From Bacteroidales bacterium UBA714 (GTDB lineage Bacteria > Bacteroidota > Bacteroidia > Bacteroidales > UBA932): a stretch of DNA of 45,153 nt. The position numbers and the translations under genes are program-made. Numbering within the stretch: the first letter of the stretch is position 1; each line of letters starts with the position of its first letter. The notes under the pieces were generated by a model. It was not told the origin of the DNA, did no database searches, and saw nothing but the letters and a program-made list of their open reading frames with translations. Where the stretch lies: assembly GCA_002298075.1 (NCBI GenBank), contig DBLW01000209.1, positions 1 to 45,153 of the forward strand. The letters run 5' to 3'. Positions 18,876 through 29,253 of this stretch are shown here, piece after piece.

Positions 18876-20816
18876 ATGAAAATAAATTCAATGTTGCGCC
18901 GGATCGCGCTTTGCGCTGCTGTCCTGCTGGGTTCTTTGTCCTCTCTCTCCTGTAACAAGCCTGGTGCAGAAGAGGATGGTAAGATTGAGGATTTCGGAAT
19001 AAGCTTTGAACTGCCTTCTGTAATTGAACTTTTGGAAGGTAGTTTTGAATATACTTTTGTCGCGGAAGAAAAGAAGGTGCCGAAGTATTCGGATAAACTT
19101 ATTTTCGCCTCAGGGGAGAATGTGTATGTTTGTTCCGTTGCGGAAATTATCAAGAATGAATTTGTTGTCACTTTTCCGGATGATATAGTGACAGATGAAT
19201 ACGAAGTCTCTGTTTCGCGTGCTGGCAAGAAACAGGCTGTCGGAAAGACATCTATAGTAATTGTTGCAAACGGGGATGTTGAACTGGAGAAAGGCACTAC
19301 AGCATATGGCTTTGTAAAATGCGGGGAAAATCCGATTGCCGGAGTTGCGGTTTCTGATGGGTATGAGGTTGTGGTGACTGATGACAAGGGATTCTGGCAG
19401 ATGAAATCCGATAAGGTCAATAAGTATGTGTTTATTTCCGTCCCGTCTGGTTATAAGGTCAATTCAGATGGGGTTCTTCCTCAATTCTATAAGAAAGTTG
19501 ACAAGAAAAGTGTTGTTGACAGGGCTGATTTTTATCTTACGGAAGATGCAGGACAAGATAATCATACTATGTTGTTTTTTGGTGATATGCACTTGGCCGG
19601 CAGAAGCTCGAATGATGACAGGAACCAGTTTTATGATTTTGCAGATGATGTAAATGCTTATATTTCAGCAAATGCCGGCAAGAAAATTTATGCTATGACT
19701 TTAGGGGACATGACATGGGACTTGTATTGGTATGAATGCAATTATGCTTTTCCTGAGTATTTGGAAGATATCGGCCATATAAAGAACCTGCAGGTGTTCC
19801 AAACTATTGGAAATCATGATCATGACATGAATAGTGCAGGCGATTTTTCCACTGTTTCCAGATACAGGCAGGAACTGGGCCCTACATATTATTCATTCAA
19901 TATCGGTAAAGTCCACTATATTGCTCTCGATAATATTCAATGTACGAATGATGGTAATGGCAGCAGGGATTATGACAACTATCTTGTTGACGAAGTCGCG
20001 TCATGGCTCAGAAAAGATTTGGCCATTGTGCCGAAGAGTGCCCCTTTGGTGATAACTATGCATGCTCCTTTATATGGAGATGCAGGTACTTATTCGATGA
20101 AAAATGCCTCTGTGCTGTTGAATATAGTAAAGGATTATTCGGAAATACATTTTGTCACAGGGCATACCCATAAAGTTTACAATGTTGACAAATTGGCATC
20201 AGAAAAGATTTTTGAGCATAATTCTGGAGCAGTTTGCGCCACATGGTGGTGGACGGGGAAATTTTCCAAAATCGGTTTGTGCCAGGATGGAGCGCCGGGA
20301 GGATATCGCATAATGGATGTAACCGGGAATGATTTTAAATGGCAATTCAAGCCTACAGGTAAAGCATCTGACATTCAGTTCCGTTCATATGACCGTAATT
20401 CCATTGACCTTGCAGCTTCAAAATGGCTTGATAAGACGGTTTCGGATGCTGATATTGCAAAATACTATACTGTTCAGGCGTCTTCATGGAGCAGGCCGTC
20501 TGACGAGAATTATGTATATATTAATGTATGGGATTATGATTCTGAGTGGCAGATTGAGGTTAAGGAGAACGGAAAATCTTTGAATGTGGAAAAAGTGTCG
20601 GCTTATGACCCGTTGCATATAATCTCATATGTCGTGCCGGGCTTGAACAAAAACAGTTCAAAAGGATTCGGAACGACAAGCACTCGTCATTTTTTCCGTG
20701 TGAAGGCCTTGAGCGCTGTATCAACTCTTGAAATAAAAGTGACAGATCGTTTTGGCAGAGCATATACTGAGACCATGGCCAGGCCTAAGGAGTTTTCTGT
20801 CAATGCTTATAAGTAA
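18876..20816 (+). CDS. Calcineurin-like metallophosphoesterase lipoprotein
   Basis: Lipobox LSC; metal motifs GDMH, GDMTWD, GNHD, MH, GHTH; VAVSDG N-terminal and TDRFG C-terminal accessory domains. Confidence 0.9.
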   Translation: MKINSMLRRIALCAAVLLGSLSSLSCNKPGAEEDGKIEDFGISFELPSVIELLEGSFEYTFVAEEKKVPKYSDKLIFASGENVYVCSVAEIIKNEFVVTFPDDIVTDEYEVSVSRAGKKQAVGKTSIVIVANGDVELEKGTTAYGFVKCGENPIAGVAVSDGYEVVVTDDKGFWQMKSDKVNKYVFISVPSGYKVNSDGVLPQFYKKVDKKSVVDRADFYLTEDAGQDNHTMLFFGDMHLAGRSSNDDRNQFYDFADDVNAYISANAGKKIYAMTLGDMTWDLYWYECNYAFPEYLEDIGHIKNLQVFQTIGNHDHDMNSAGDFSTVSRYRQELGPTYYSFNIGKVHYIALDNIQCTNDGNGSRDYDNYLVDEVASWLRKDLAIVPKSAPLVITMHAPLYGDAGTYSMKNASVLLNIVKDYSEIHFVTGHTHKVYNVDKLASEKIFEHNSGAVCATWWWTGKFSKIGLCQDGAPGGYRIMDVTGNDFKWQFKPTGKASDIQFRSYDRNSIDLAASKWLDKTVSDADIAKYYTVQASSWSRPSDENYVYINVWDYDSEWQIEVKENGKSLNVEKVSAYDPLHIISYVVPGLNKNSSKGFGTTSTRHFFRVKALSAVSTLEIKVTDRFGRAYTETMARPKEFSVNAYK

Positions 20817-20889
20817 TGGTTATTGTCCTGTTTTTATACAAGGAAACGTTTTTTACTATAATACCTATTTATTTAATAAAACTAACTTT

Positions 20890-23800
20890 ATGAAAGTTGT
20901 CAAAACTTTTGCTGTCGCTCTGGTTTTGTTGTTGGGGGGGGCTTTGGCTTCCTTTGCGCAGAACCGGACAATATCCGGAACAGTTCTGGATGCGCAGCAA
21001 CAGCCCATTATCGGTGCGGCGGTCATAATCGTCGGTGGCGGTAACAATGGTGCTGTGACTGATTTGGAAGGACGCTTTATCCTTTCTGTACCGTCCGGTA
21101 ATGCGGTCTTGGAGGTCTCATGCCTTGGGTATGTGACAAAGACTGTATCGTTGCAGGGAACACAGGGACAGATTAATGTGACTCTTGACGAGGACAACAT
21201 GATGTTGGAAGAGACTGTTGTCGTCGGTTATGGTACTCAAAAGAAAGTAAACCTTACAGGTGCCATTTCCGTAGTGGATGACAAGCAGCTGCAGGACCGT
21301 TCTTCCCACAATTTGGCCACTATGCTCCAAGGGTCTGTTCCGGGGCTTAATATCACAACGACTTCAGGTAATCCGGGAAGTTCCGGAAAACTGAATATAC
21401 GAGGTTTTACATCAATTAACGAGGCTGATCCTATCGTCTTGATAGACGGGGCAATCGGTGAACTTGATGATGTCAATCCGAATGATGTGGAGAATATATC
21501 TGTCATTAAGGATGCTTCGGCTGCAGCTGTTTATGGCGCAAGAGCTGCATATGGTGTGATTCTAGTCACTACAAAGAAGGGGGCCGATGCTGACGGTAAA
21601 GCAAGAATCCGTTATAGCGGACGTTTCGGATGGGAAGAACCTACGACTTCTACTGATTATGAGGATAGGGGTTATTGGTCTGTCTATACTTTGGACCTTT
21701 TTTGGAAGACACAGCAGGACGGAACAGCTTATACTACTTATAATGAGCGTGATATGCTTGAACTGCTTGCGCGTGTAAATGACAAGACTGAGCATCCTGA
21801 CCGCCCATGGGCTATTGAGGAAGTCCGCAACGGACGTAAGCAATGGATTTATTATGCTAATACAGACTGGTATCATGAATTGTATGTGGACCGTCATCCT
21901 GTGCAACAGCATAACGTATCCATAAGTGGTGGAAGCAAGGCTGTGAAATATTTTATATCGGCAGGATATGACCGCCAGACCGGAATACTTAAGATTACGC
22001 CTGATGTATATCAGAAATATAATGTACGTGCCAAGATTGATGCACAGCTTAACAAATATGTGAGCCTTTCAAATAATGCGTCATTTTATAGTTCCGATTA
22101 TTCATACATTGGCGTAGGAGGGCCTCAGGATGCATTCTATATGGGATTCAGGCATACATTTGCATCTTTGCCGCTATCCAATCCGGATGGTTCGGGACTT
22201 CGTTCCACTCCTCTTATCCGAGGTTCATATAATGTCGGCAACAGCCGTCATACTGTCCAGCTTGAGGGAAAAGACAGGAACAGTGAGAAGAGGTTCAATA
22301 TGGCCAATACTACCGAACTTGTAATCAAGCCTGTGAAACAATTTAATTTGACAGCTAATTTTACGTATCGCAGGCTTCAAAGGAGTGATATGCACCGTAC
22401 TGTCAATATGCCTTATAGGATTTATCCTGATGATGAGATTCAGTATTATGACACTGGAGCAGGTCTGGATGAACTTGAGGAATTCAGCAGAGCATACAAC
22501 TATCTTTCCGGCAATGTCTTTGCCACTTATGAGGATACTTACAGGAATAGCCATAATCTTAAGGTCATGGCTGGATATAATATAGAGACTCAGAATTACA
22601 AGCGCCTGTATGCTTCCGGCCAGAATCTCGGTTCTGATATTTTAAATGACCTTGACCTTATTATGCCAAGTGCTTCAGGTGAGAAAATCACGAATGCCGG
22701 AGGTGGACAGAGTGAATACGCGCTTATGGGTATTTTCGGGCGCGTCAATTATGATTATAAGGGACGCTATCTGCTGGAATTTGCCGGAAGATATGATGGC
22801 TCGTCCCGTTTTGCTAAAGGGCATCGCTGGGGATTTTTCCCGTCTGCTTCAGCGGGTTGGAGAATCTCTGAAGAACCGTTTTTTGCTTCTGCAAGGTCTG
22901 TAGTGAACAATCTCAAACTTCGTGCTTCAGTCGGTTCACTGGGTAATCAGAATGTTTCAAACAATGCTTTCAGAAGGACAATATCACTTAGCACATTCAA
23001 CAACTATACTTTTGGTGAGAGTACAGGCTCCCGTGCACAATATGCAGGAATATCCGCTCCTAATTCCCCGGACTTGACTTGGGAGACAACATATCAGTAC
23101 AATGTGGGCTTGGATGCATCCTTGTTGAATAACAGATTGAATTTTACTGCAGAAGGATATATCCGCGATACAAAGGACATGCTGGTTTCCGGTGGTACTC
23201 TTCCTGGTGTTTATGGAGCCGCTTCTCCAAAGGAGAATTCTGCAGATTTGAGAACAAGGGGATATGAATTGTCGATAAGTTGGAGAGATGCTTTCACACT
23301 TGCCGGTAAGCCATTCAATTATAACGTGAGTGCTTCACTTAGCGACTATGATTCCCATATTACAAAATATGACAACAACCCTGATAAAATATTGACTGAT
23401 TTTTATCCTGGCATGAGAATCGGTGATATTTGGGGATTTGTCGTTGACGGCCTTTTCGCAACAGATGAGGAAGCCAAGTATTATCAGGAGAATATCTGTG
23501 ATGCATTGACATATGTCGGTACAAGCAGAATGAAAGGCGGTTTTCTCGCGGGTGACCTGAGATATGTTGATTTGGACAATAAACAGGAAGGACCAGGCGG
23601 AATAAATGTGATAACTATTGGCAACAATACGGCTGAAAATCCTGGAGACCGCAAGATTTTGGGCAATGCGCTTCCGAGTCTGCAATACGGTTTCAATGTC
23701 GGTTTCGATTGGATGGGAATTGATATGTCCGTATTCTTCCAAGGAGTGGGTAAGCACTATTACTACCCGGCCGGAATGTCAATAGCTTTTTGGGGACCAT

Positions 23801-24231
23801 ATTCTTATGCTTATTATGGTGGCGTCATGCCGAAAGACTTTATAAAGAAAGTCTGGTCTGAAGATAATCCGGATGCATATTATCCTCGTCCTCGTGTATA
23901 TTCGACAACAGGAGGAGAACTTCGGCCGGTCAACTCAAGGTATTTGCAGAACATAGCATATCTCCGTTTCAAAAATTTGACTGTGGGATATACTCTTCCT
24001 CAGAAATGGACACGTGCGATACATATAGAAAAAGTGCGTTTCTATTTCTCCGGAGAGAATCTTGCCTATTGGTCTCCGATTAAGAAACATACAAAGTATC
24101 TTGATCCTGAGTCTGCTTTCAAGAGAGATGCTGGAGTTGTGGACAATTCTTTATATTCTACAAATGATGCTGATGCGATATCATATCCATGGCAGAAGAC
24201 TTTCATGTTTGGTATAGATATCACATTCTAA
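20890..24231 (+). CDS. susC: SusC/RagA TonB-dependent transporter
   Basis: Signal peptide, carboxypeptidase-regulatory-like N domain, VVVGYGTQKK, KDASAAAVYGARAAYGVILVTTK, RYDGSSRF, terminal Phe. Confidence 0.96.
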   Translation: MKVVKTFAVALVLLLGGALASFAQNRTISGTVLDAQQQPIIGAAVIIVGGGNNGAVTDLEGRFILSVPSGNAVLEVSCLGYVTKTVSLQGTQGQINVTLDEDNMMLEETVVVGYGTQKKVNLTGAISVVDDKQLQDRSSHNLATMLQGSVPGLNITTTSGNPGSSGKLNIRGFTSINEADPIVLIDGAIGELDDVNPNDVENISVIKDASAAAVYGARAAYGVILVTTKKGADADGKARIRYSGRFGWEEPTTSTDYEDRGYWSVYTLDLFWKTQQDGTAYTTYNERDMLELLARVNDKTEHPDRPWAIEEVRNGRKQWIYYANTDWYHELYVDRHPVQQHNVSISGGSKAVKYFISAGYDRQTGILKITPDVYQKYNVRAKIDAQLNKYVSLSNNASFYSSDYSYIGVGGPQDAFYMGFRHTFASLPLSNPDGSGLRSTPLIRGSYNVGNSRHTVQLEGKDRNSEKRFNMANTTELVIKPVKQFNLTANFTYRRLQRSDMHRTVNMPYRIYPDDEIQYYDTGAGLDELEEFSRAYNYLSGNVFATYEDTYRNSHNLKVMAGYNIETQNYKRLYASGQNLGSDILNDLDLIMPSASGEKITNAGGGQSEYALMGIFGRVNYDYKGRYLLEFAGRYDGSSRFAKGHRWGFFPSASAGWRISEEPFFASARSVVNNLKLRASVGSLGNQNVSNNAFRRTISLSTFNNYTFGESTGSRAQYAGISAPNSPDLTWETTYQYNVGLDASLLNNRLNFTAEGYIRDTKDMLVSGGTLPGVYGAASPKENSADLRTRGYELSISWRDAFTLAGKPFNYNVSASLSDYDSHITKYDNNPDKILTDFYPGMRIGDIWGFVVDGLFATDEEAKYYQENICDALTYVGTSRMKGGFLAGDLRYVDLDNKQEGPGGINVITIGNNTAENPGDRKILGNALPSLQYGFNVGFDWMGIDMSVFFQGVGKHYYYPAGMSIAFWGPYSYAYYGGVMPKDFIKKVWSEDNPDAYYPRPRVYSTTGGELRPVNSRYLQNIAYLRFKNLTVGYTLPQKWTRAIHIEKVRFYFSGENLAYWSPIKKHTKYLDPESAFKRDAGVVDNSLYSTNDADAISYPWQKTFMFGIDITF

Positions 24232-24248
24232 TGTCGGGGGAAATAAAA

Positions 24249-26060
24249 ATGAAAAGAATAATATTACCTATATTTATTTTTACCTTTTGTCTTTCATCGT
24301 GCAATTTCCTTGAAAGATTGCCTAAGGACAAGATCGATCCGAATGATTTTTTCAGAACAGAGGAAGATTTGAAACTATTCTCCAATTCCTTTTATGACAA
24401 TTTGTTTGAAAAGCAGCCATTCAAGCAGCAGTCAGATGTATTTGTCCAAAAAGGAACTCTTTCTGATGAACTTTTGGGCGGTGATGCCAGAATGCCTATT
24501 CCTGTTACCGGAGGAGGATGGTCATGGGGACAGCTTCGTAAGATCAATACTATGCTCGGGAATATGCATAAATGCGAGGACCCGAAAGTGGCCAGGCAGT
24601 ACTCCGGTCTTGCGAAGTTTTTTAGGGCGCAGTTCTATTTTACGAAAGTGGCACGTTTTGGTGATGTTCCATGGTATGATCGTGAACTTGATTCGACGGA
24701 TCCTGAACTTTACAAGCCACGTGACTCCAGAGAGTTCATAATGACTAAAATGCTTGAAGATATTGATGAGGCGATTGAAACTCTTCCAGAGGCAGTCAGC
24801 ACATATCGTGCAAACAGATGGGCCGCTCTTGCTCTGAAGGCGCAGTTTTGCCTTTATGAAGGAACCTACCGTAAATATCACAAACTCAATATCGAAGGCC
24901 ATGATTCTGATTATTATCTGGGCCTTGCAGCAAAAGCAGCAGAGGAAATAATGACTAAAGGGCCATACTCTTTGGCATCTTCTTATGATGAGATGTTCAG
25001 GCAGGTTGTGGCTGATAAAAATGAGTACATATTGGCCATTAGAAGAGACCTTGTGATAGACTGCACACATGATGGAACAAGTTTTTGTCTCATGGCGACC
25101 GGAGGATGTCCTGGTTTTACCAAGAAGTTCGTTGACAGTTTCCTTATGAAGGACGGTACACGTTTTACCGATAAAGAGAATTATGAGACTATGCCGTTTG
25201 TTGATGAGATGGCCAACAGGGATCCGAGATTAGGTCTTATAATGAGATTGCCTTCATATGTGCGCTCGACTGAAAAGTATATGCAGAGAGGGCCGCAACT
25301 GAACTTGACAGGTACAGGGTTCCAATATGATAAGTTTGTCATGTCAACAGCATATCCTGAGGCCGAGTCAAAAGCTTCAATGGCTTATAATGATATACCT
25401 GTCTTTCGTCTTGGAGAAATTTATCTTATTTATGCTGAGGCTAAGGCTGAATTGGGAACTTTGACTCAGCAAGATGTGGAGATTAGTATAAACAAGCTTC
25501 GTCGCAGAGTCGGAATGACTCCAATGACTCTTTCTTCTTTGACTGTTGACCCATATTTGACTTCTGCAGAAACAGGCTATAAGACGCTTGCTGAGTTTGG
25601 ACATCCCAATCTTGCAGCTGTTTTGGAAATAAGGCGTGAGCGTACCATCGAACTCGCTTTGGAAGGGAGAAGATGGGATGATATAGTAAGGTGGCGAGAG
25701 GGTAATTGTTATCGTCAGAAACTTTATGGAATCTATTTCCCGGGGCCTGGACAATACGATTTGAATGGTGATGACAAGCCTGACGTATGTTTATATGATA
25801 CGAAGGATAAGCCGGTGGGACTTCCTGATAACATCATCTGCCTTCAGATACAGGAGATTGAGATTAACGGCAGCTACGTTTCATTGAATGACGGAATTAT
25901 TTTGAGTGAAGGGCGGAAGGGATATTTGGATATGCATAAGTTCAAGAAGTTGGATTTTAATGAGAATCGTGACTATCTCTATCCGATTCCGACTAATGAA
26001 CGTACTGTAAATCCGGCACTTGCACAAAATCCTGGCTGGAATGACGGACTTAGTTTTTAA
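24249..26060 (+). CDS. susD: SusD/RagB surface lipoprotein
   Basis: Lipobox LSSC; FGDVPW, FRLGEIYLIYAEA, IRRERTIELALEGRRWDDIVRW, YLYPIP, QNPGW. Confidence 0.95.
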   Translation: MKRIILPIFIFTFCLSSCNFLERLPKDKIDPNDFFRTEEDLKLFSNSFYDNLFEKQPFKQQSDVFVQKGTLSDELLGGDARMPIPVTGGGWSWGQLRKINTMLGNMHKCEDPKVARQYSGLAKFFRAQFYFTKVARFGDVPWYDRELDSTDPELYKPRDSREFIMTKMLEDIDEAIETLPEAVSTYRANRWAALALKAQFCLYEGTYRKYHKLNIEGHDSDYYLGLAAKAAEEIMTKGPYSLASSYDEMFRQVVADKNEYILAIRRDLVIDCTHDGTSFCLMATGGCPGFTKKFVDSFLMKDGTRFTDKENYETMPFVDEMANRDPRLGLIMRLPSYVRSTEKYMQRGPQLNLTGTGFQYDKFVMSTAYPEAESKASMAYNDIPVFRLGEIYLIYAEAKAELGTLTQQDVEISINKLRRRVGMTPMTLSSLTVDPYLTSAETGYKTLAEFGHPNLAAVLEIRRERTIELALEGRRWDDIVRWREGNCYRQKLYGIYFPGPGQYDLNGDDKPDVCLYDTKDKPVGLPDNIICLQIQEIEINGSYVSLNDGIILSEGRKGYLDMHKFKKLDFNENRDYLYPIPTNERTVNPALAQNPGWNDGLSF

Positions 26061-26071
26061 CTGATTGAATT

Positions 26072-29071
26072 ATGAAAAGATATATCAAGATAATAAGTTT
26101 TGTTGCATTTGTTCTGGCATTGTCATCAATGGCTGGATGTCAACAAGATGAGCAATTCAAGCCTCATGCCCTGCTTGCGGAATCAAGCTTGACTTTTGAA
26201 GCGATTGGCGCAGAGCCGCAATTGCTTAAGATTGCATCCGATGAGGGGTGGGTGATAGAAACTCCTGAATGGATTTCGGTTGATCCGCTGTCTGGCTCCA
26301 AGACAGTTGATGTTACAGTCTCAGTTTCTGATAACGGTAAAAAAGGTGCAATGAATGCTCCTCGTCAGGCATCGATTATAATTACATCAGAACGTGGTTA
26401 TAGCATTGAGACGGTCATATTCCAAAAGGGAGACAATTATTTGGGTGCACCTGTTTGTTCTGTCTCTGAATTGTATGACCTTGAACCTGAAACCAAGGTT
26501 AAAGTGAAAGAATGCCAAGTTATTGCATATTCTACTGAAGGTTTTGTCGTTTCTGATGGGGACGCAATGATTCATGTGAACGGTACGGCTGAGGTCAAGA
26601 CAGGAGATTATGTGACTTTGGCCGGTGAGACTGCTACAATCAATGGACAGAAAGCATTCAAACTTGATGAGTTTGTCATTGAAAGGACTGGAGATGTTGT
26701 TTACCCTTCTGAACCTTCTGATTTGAATTCTAATGTTGATTCTTTTGAGTCATCTGTTCCTGTTTATGTGAAGATTACCGGAACTTTGGTTTATCCGGAA
26801 CTTTTGAATCTTGAAGGTTCCCCTGCAAAAGGAGTACGTGTGCTTGCTGCTGATCCTGCCCTCGGGATTGATGATGTAAATATTCACATAATCGATATTA
26901 CAGGATATTTTGTAGGAATCAAGGACAATAAAATAAATATTATTGTTACTTCTGTTGAAGATAAGGGGGAAGATACTACAATTGGAGTGGCCTTTCCGTT
27001 CCGTGATGATTTCTCATGGTTGGACAAATATGTGGAAATGGCCAATGCGAATCTGCCTGCAGATAAGCAGATTTCGGATTGTGTCGCTGACCAGCTTGCT
27101 TCATCAGACGGTGCTGCAAACGTGTACACTACCTTGAAGGATTCCGGACTACTTGAAGAATTGCATGAGCGCGGATATACTGACCTTAACCCTTCTTGGC
27201 AGACAATATACCTGCAGCAGGGATATTTGAAATATGGCAAGACAGATTGTGAATCCGGACTTATCTTACCTTTGATGAGCATTGAAGGTGAGCAGGATAT
27301 CATTGTTTCATTCAAGTATTGTGCTCATATTTCAGGAGCCGGAAATCCGGATAAAGTCAATCTTGTTGTCTCTGTCACCGGTCCCGGTACGGTTGTCGGA
27401 ACTTCAAGTAATGCCAATTCTAAAGTCAGCGATGACATAGCTCACAGCCAGGGAAAGAACCAGATGTTTTGGCAGGATGCTTCAGTGCGGATTAATGGCG
27501 CGCAAAGAAGCACAAGGATATCAATTCATCCTAATCCGCTCGGTACTCCGGAAAATGTTATCAAAGGTGTCTTCAGATATTATCTTGATGACATTGTGGT
27601 CATGCCGGAAAGTGCGGCAGTTCCTGCACGTATAGTAGTTGAGGGCGTTGAAGAAGATTTGATAACTTTTGAAGGAACACCTGACGCTCCTTTTGAATTT
27701 GATGTGACGTCAGACATGGATTATTATATAACCTCAAGTGCAAAATGGCTTGATTTTGACGTCGATGAAGGTAAGGCTGGTGAAATTAAGACCATAAAGG
27801 TGACTTGCCAGCCTAATGAGTCAAGTTCATTACGTAAATCTTCTATTATAATCAAATCAGGAATGTCCAGCCGCACAATATCTGTCGTCCAATCTTCGGC
27901 AGGTTCCGATATCCAGCCTTTTGTCAGTGTAGTAGGCGGAAATTACGTGACAGTAATAGGTGAGGGCGAGGAGTTTGCAGCCAGGGTCCAGGCTAATGTG
28001 GACTATGAGATTGAGGCTTCCGAATGGATTTCCGTGGTTCCTGCTGTTGACACCAGGGCTTTGGTTGAGGTCAGGGAGCACCGTTTTGTGGCGGCGCCTA
28101 ACATGACAGGGGCAAAGAGGACAGGCTTTGTAAGATTCCGTCAGGGAGAGCTTGAGGCTGTGCTCAATGTTACCCAGGACAATTTCGAGCCGAGGATTGA
28201 CATGACACTTCCACGCGGACTTGCTTTCATTTCTGCTTCGGGTGCTTCTGTTCCGGTGCATATTGAGGCTAATGTTGACTTTACAGTAAGTTCGGATCTC
28301 CTTTCTTTGCCGACGGGCGTGACTCCGGCTGGTGAATATGACATGGATTTTACAGTTCCTGCAAATGCCGGCCTTTCAAGAGATGTCGCAGTGACATTCT
28401 ATAACGAAAAATATGATTTTACTTGTGAGTATAGAATCGTGCAGCATGGGACCGATGTGATTTTCGCAGATGATTTCTCATGGCTTGCACCTATAGTCAA
28501 GGCGTTAGGTGAAGGAAACTATGATACCGTAGGCTCCAAGGATTTGGGTGCAAAAGCCCCTAACATCTATACCACGGCTGCGATAAAGGATGCTTTTGTT
28601 CCGTTGTGCAATGAAATCGGATATTTCATCCCGGGCAAGGCTGACGGAGCTAATGATGTCCTTTACCTCCAGGACTGCTACCTGAAGATGGGCAAGACAT
28701 CCTCCAAGAGCCAGACATCTTTGACTCTTCCTTCAATGGATGCTGGCGGACAGGCTTTCACACTTTCGTTTGACTGGGCGAGGATGGTCCAGGGAGACGG
28801 CACGATAGACAAGTATACTCTGACTTTGATGATTACCGGCAACGGTACTTTTGCGAATGGGACTAAGTACAGCGATGAACTTTCCACTCCTCAGGGCAAG
28901 GGAGAGATTTTCTGGACAAATGTCTCGGCTGAGATTTCCGGGGCTGACAAGGATACGAGAATAACGATTGTGGCTACCGACCTTCTGGATAAGTCAACAG
29001 GAAATATTGACTACACCAAGAGTGGCGGAAAGCGTATGTTCATAGACAACATTGTCGCCAAAATCAACTGA
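26072..29071 (+). CDS. Large surface lipoprotein with BACON-like domains and two copies of an ~200-aa beta-rich domain (SGBP-like)
   Basis: Lipobox MAGC followed by acidic QQDE; BACON-like W..WI...N...R patterns; duplicated DDFSWL...YLQ..YLK.GKT...D.I domain. Confidence 0.8.
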   Translation: MKRYIKIISFVAFVLALSSMAGCQQDEQFKPHALLAESSLTFEAIGAEPQLLKIASDEGWVIETPEWISVDPLSGSKTVDVTVSVSDNGKKGAMNAPRQASIIITSERGYSIETVIFQKGDNYLGAPVCSVSELYDLEPETKVKVKECQVIAYSTEGFVVSDGDAMIHVNGTAEVKTGDYVTLAGETATINGQKAFKLDEFVIERTGDVVYPSEPSDLNSNVDSFESSVPVYVKITGTLVYPELLNLEGSPAKGVRVLAADPALGIDDVNIHIIDITGYFVGIKDNKINIIVTSVEDKGEDTTIGVAFPFRDDFSWLDKYVEMANANLPADKQISDCVADQLASSDGAANVYTTLKDSGLLEELHERGYTDLNPSWQTIYLQQGYLKYGKTDCESGLILPLMSIEGEQDIIVSFKYCAHISGAGNPDKVNLVVSVTGPGTVVGTSSNANSKVSDDIAHSQGKNQMFWQDASVRINGAQRSTRISIHPNPLGTPENVIKGVFRYYLDDIVVMPESAAVPARIVVEGVEEDLITFEGTPDAPFEFDVTSDMDYYITSSAKWLDFDVDEGKAGEIKTIKVTCQPNESSSLRKSSIIIKSGMSSRTISVVQSSAGSDIQPFVSVVGGNYVTVIGEGEEFAARVQANVDYEIEASEWISVVPAVDTRALVEVREHRFVAAPNMTGAKRTGFVRFRQGELEAVLNVTQDNFEPRIDMTLPRGLAFISASGASVPVHIEANVDFTVSSDLLSLPTGVTPAGEYDMDFTVPANAGLSRDVAVTFYNEKYDFTCEYRIVQHGTDVIFADDFSWLAPIVKALGEGNYDTVGSKDLGAKAPNIYTTAAIKDAFVPLCNEIGYFIPGKADGANDVLYLQDCYLKMGKTSSKSQTSLTLPSMDAGGQAFTLSFDWARMVQGDGTIDKYTLTLMITGNGTFANGTKYSDELSTPQGKGEIFWTNVSAEISGADKDTRITIVATDLLDKSTGNIDYTKSGGKRMFIDNIVAKIN

Positions 29072-29112
29072 AACTGATTGTTTCCTCTGATTGAGAGGGC
29101 AATTGCTGCTAC

Positions 29113-29145
29113 GGGCCGGCCTGGATTTCCTGGCCGGCCCTTTTT
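29113..29145 (+). terminator. Intrinsic terminator ending the SusC/D operon
   Basis: GGGCCGGCC...GGCCGGCCC followed by TTTTT. Confidence 0.88.
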
Positions 29146-29253
29146 ATGATGCCTTTGTATAATACTGGCAAGACTCCTGAACTGTTGCGATAATCAGCAA
29201 ATTTGCCTATTTTTGTGATGCGTCAGACTTTTGCGCAGACTAATCACAGCGGA

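Noticed and set aside
20752-20889. Upstream extensions given by the ORF track for susC (likewise susD, the CocE hydrolase, recQ, folC and the HAD gene)
   Set aside because: They overlap neighbouring genes or promoter boxes; downstream ATGs give proper signal peptides or family N-termini
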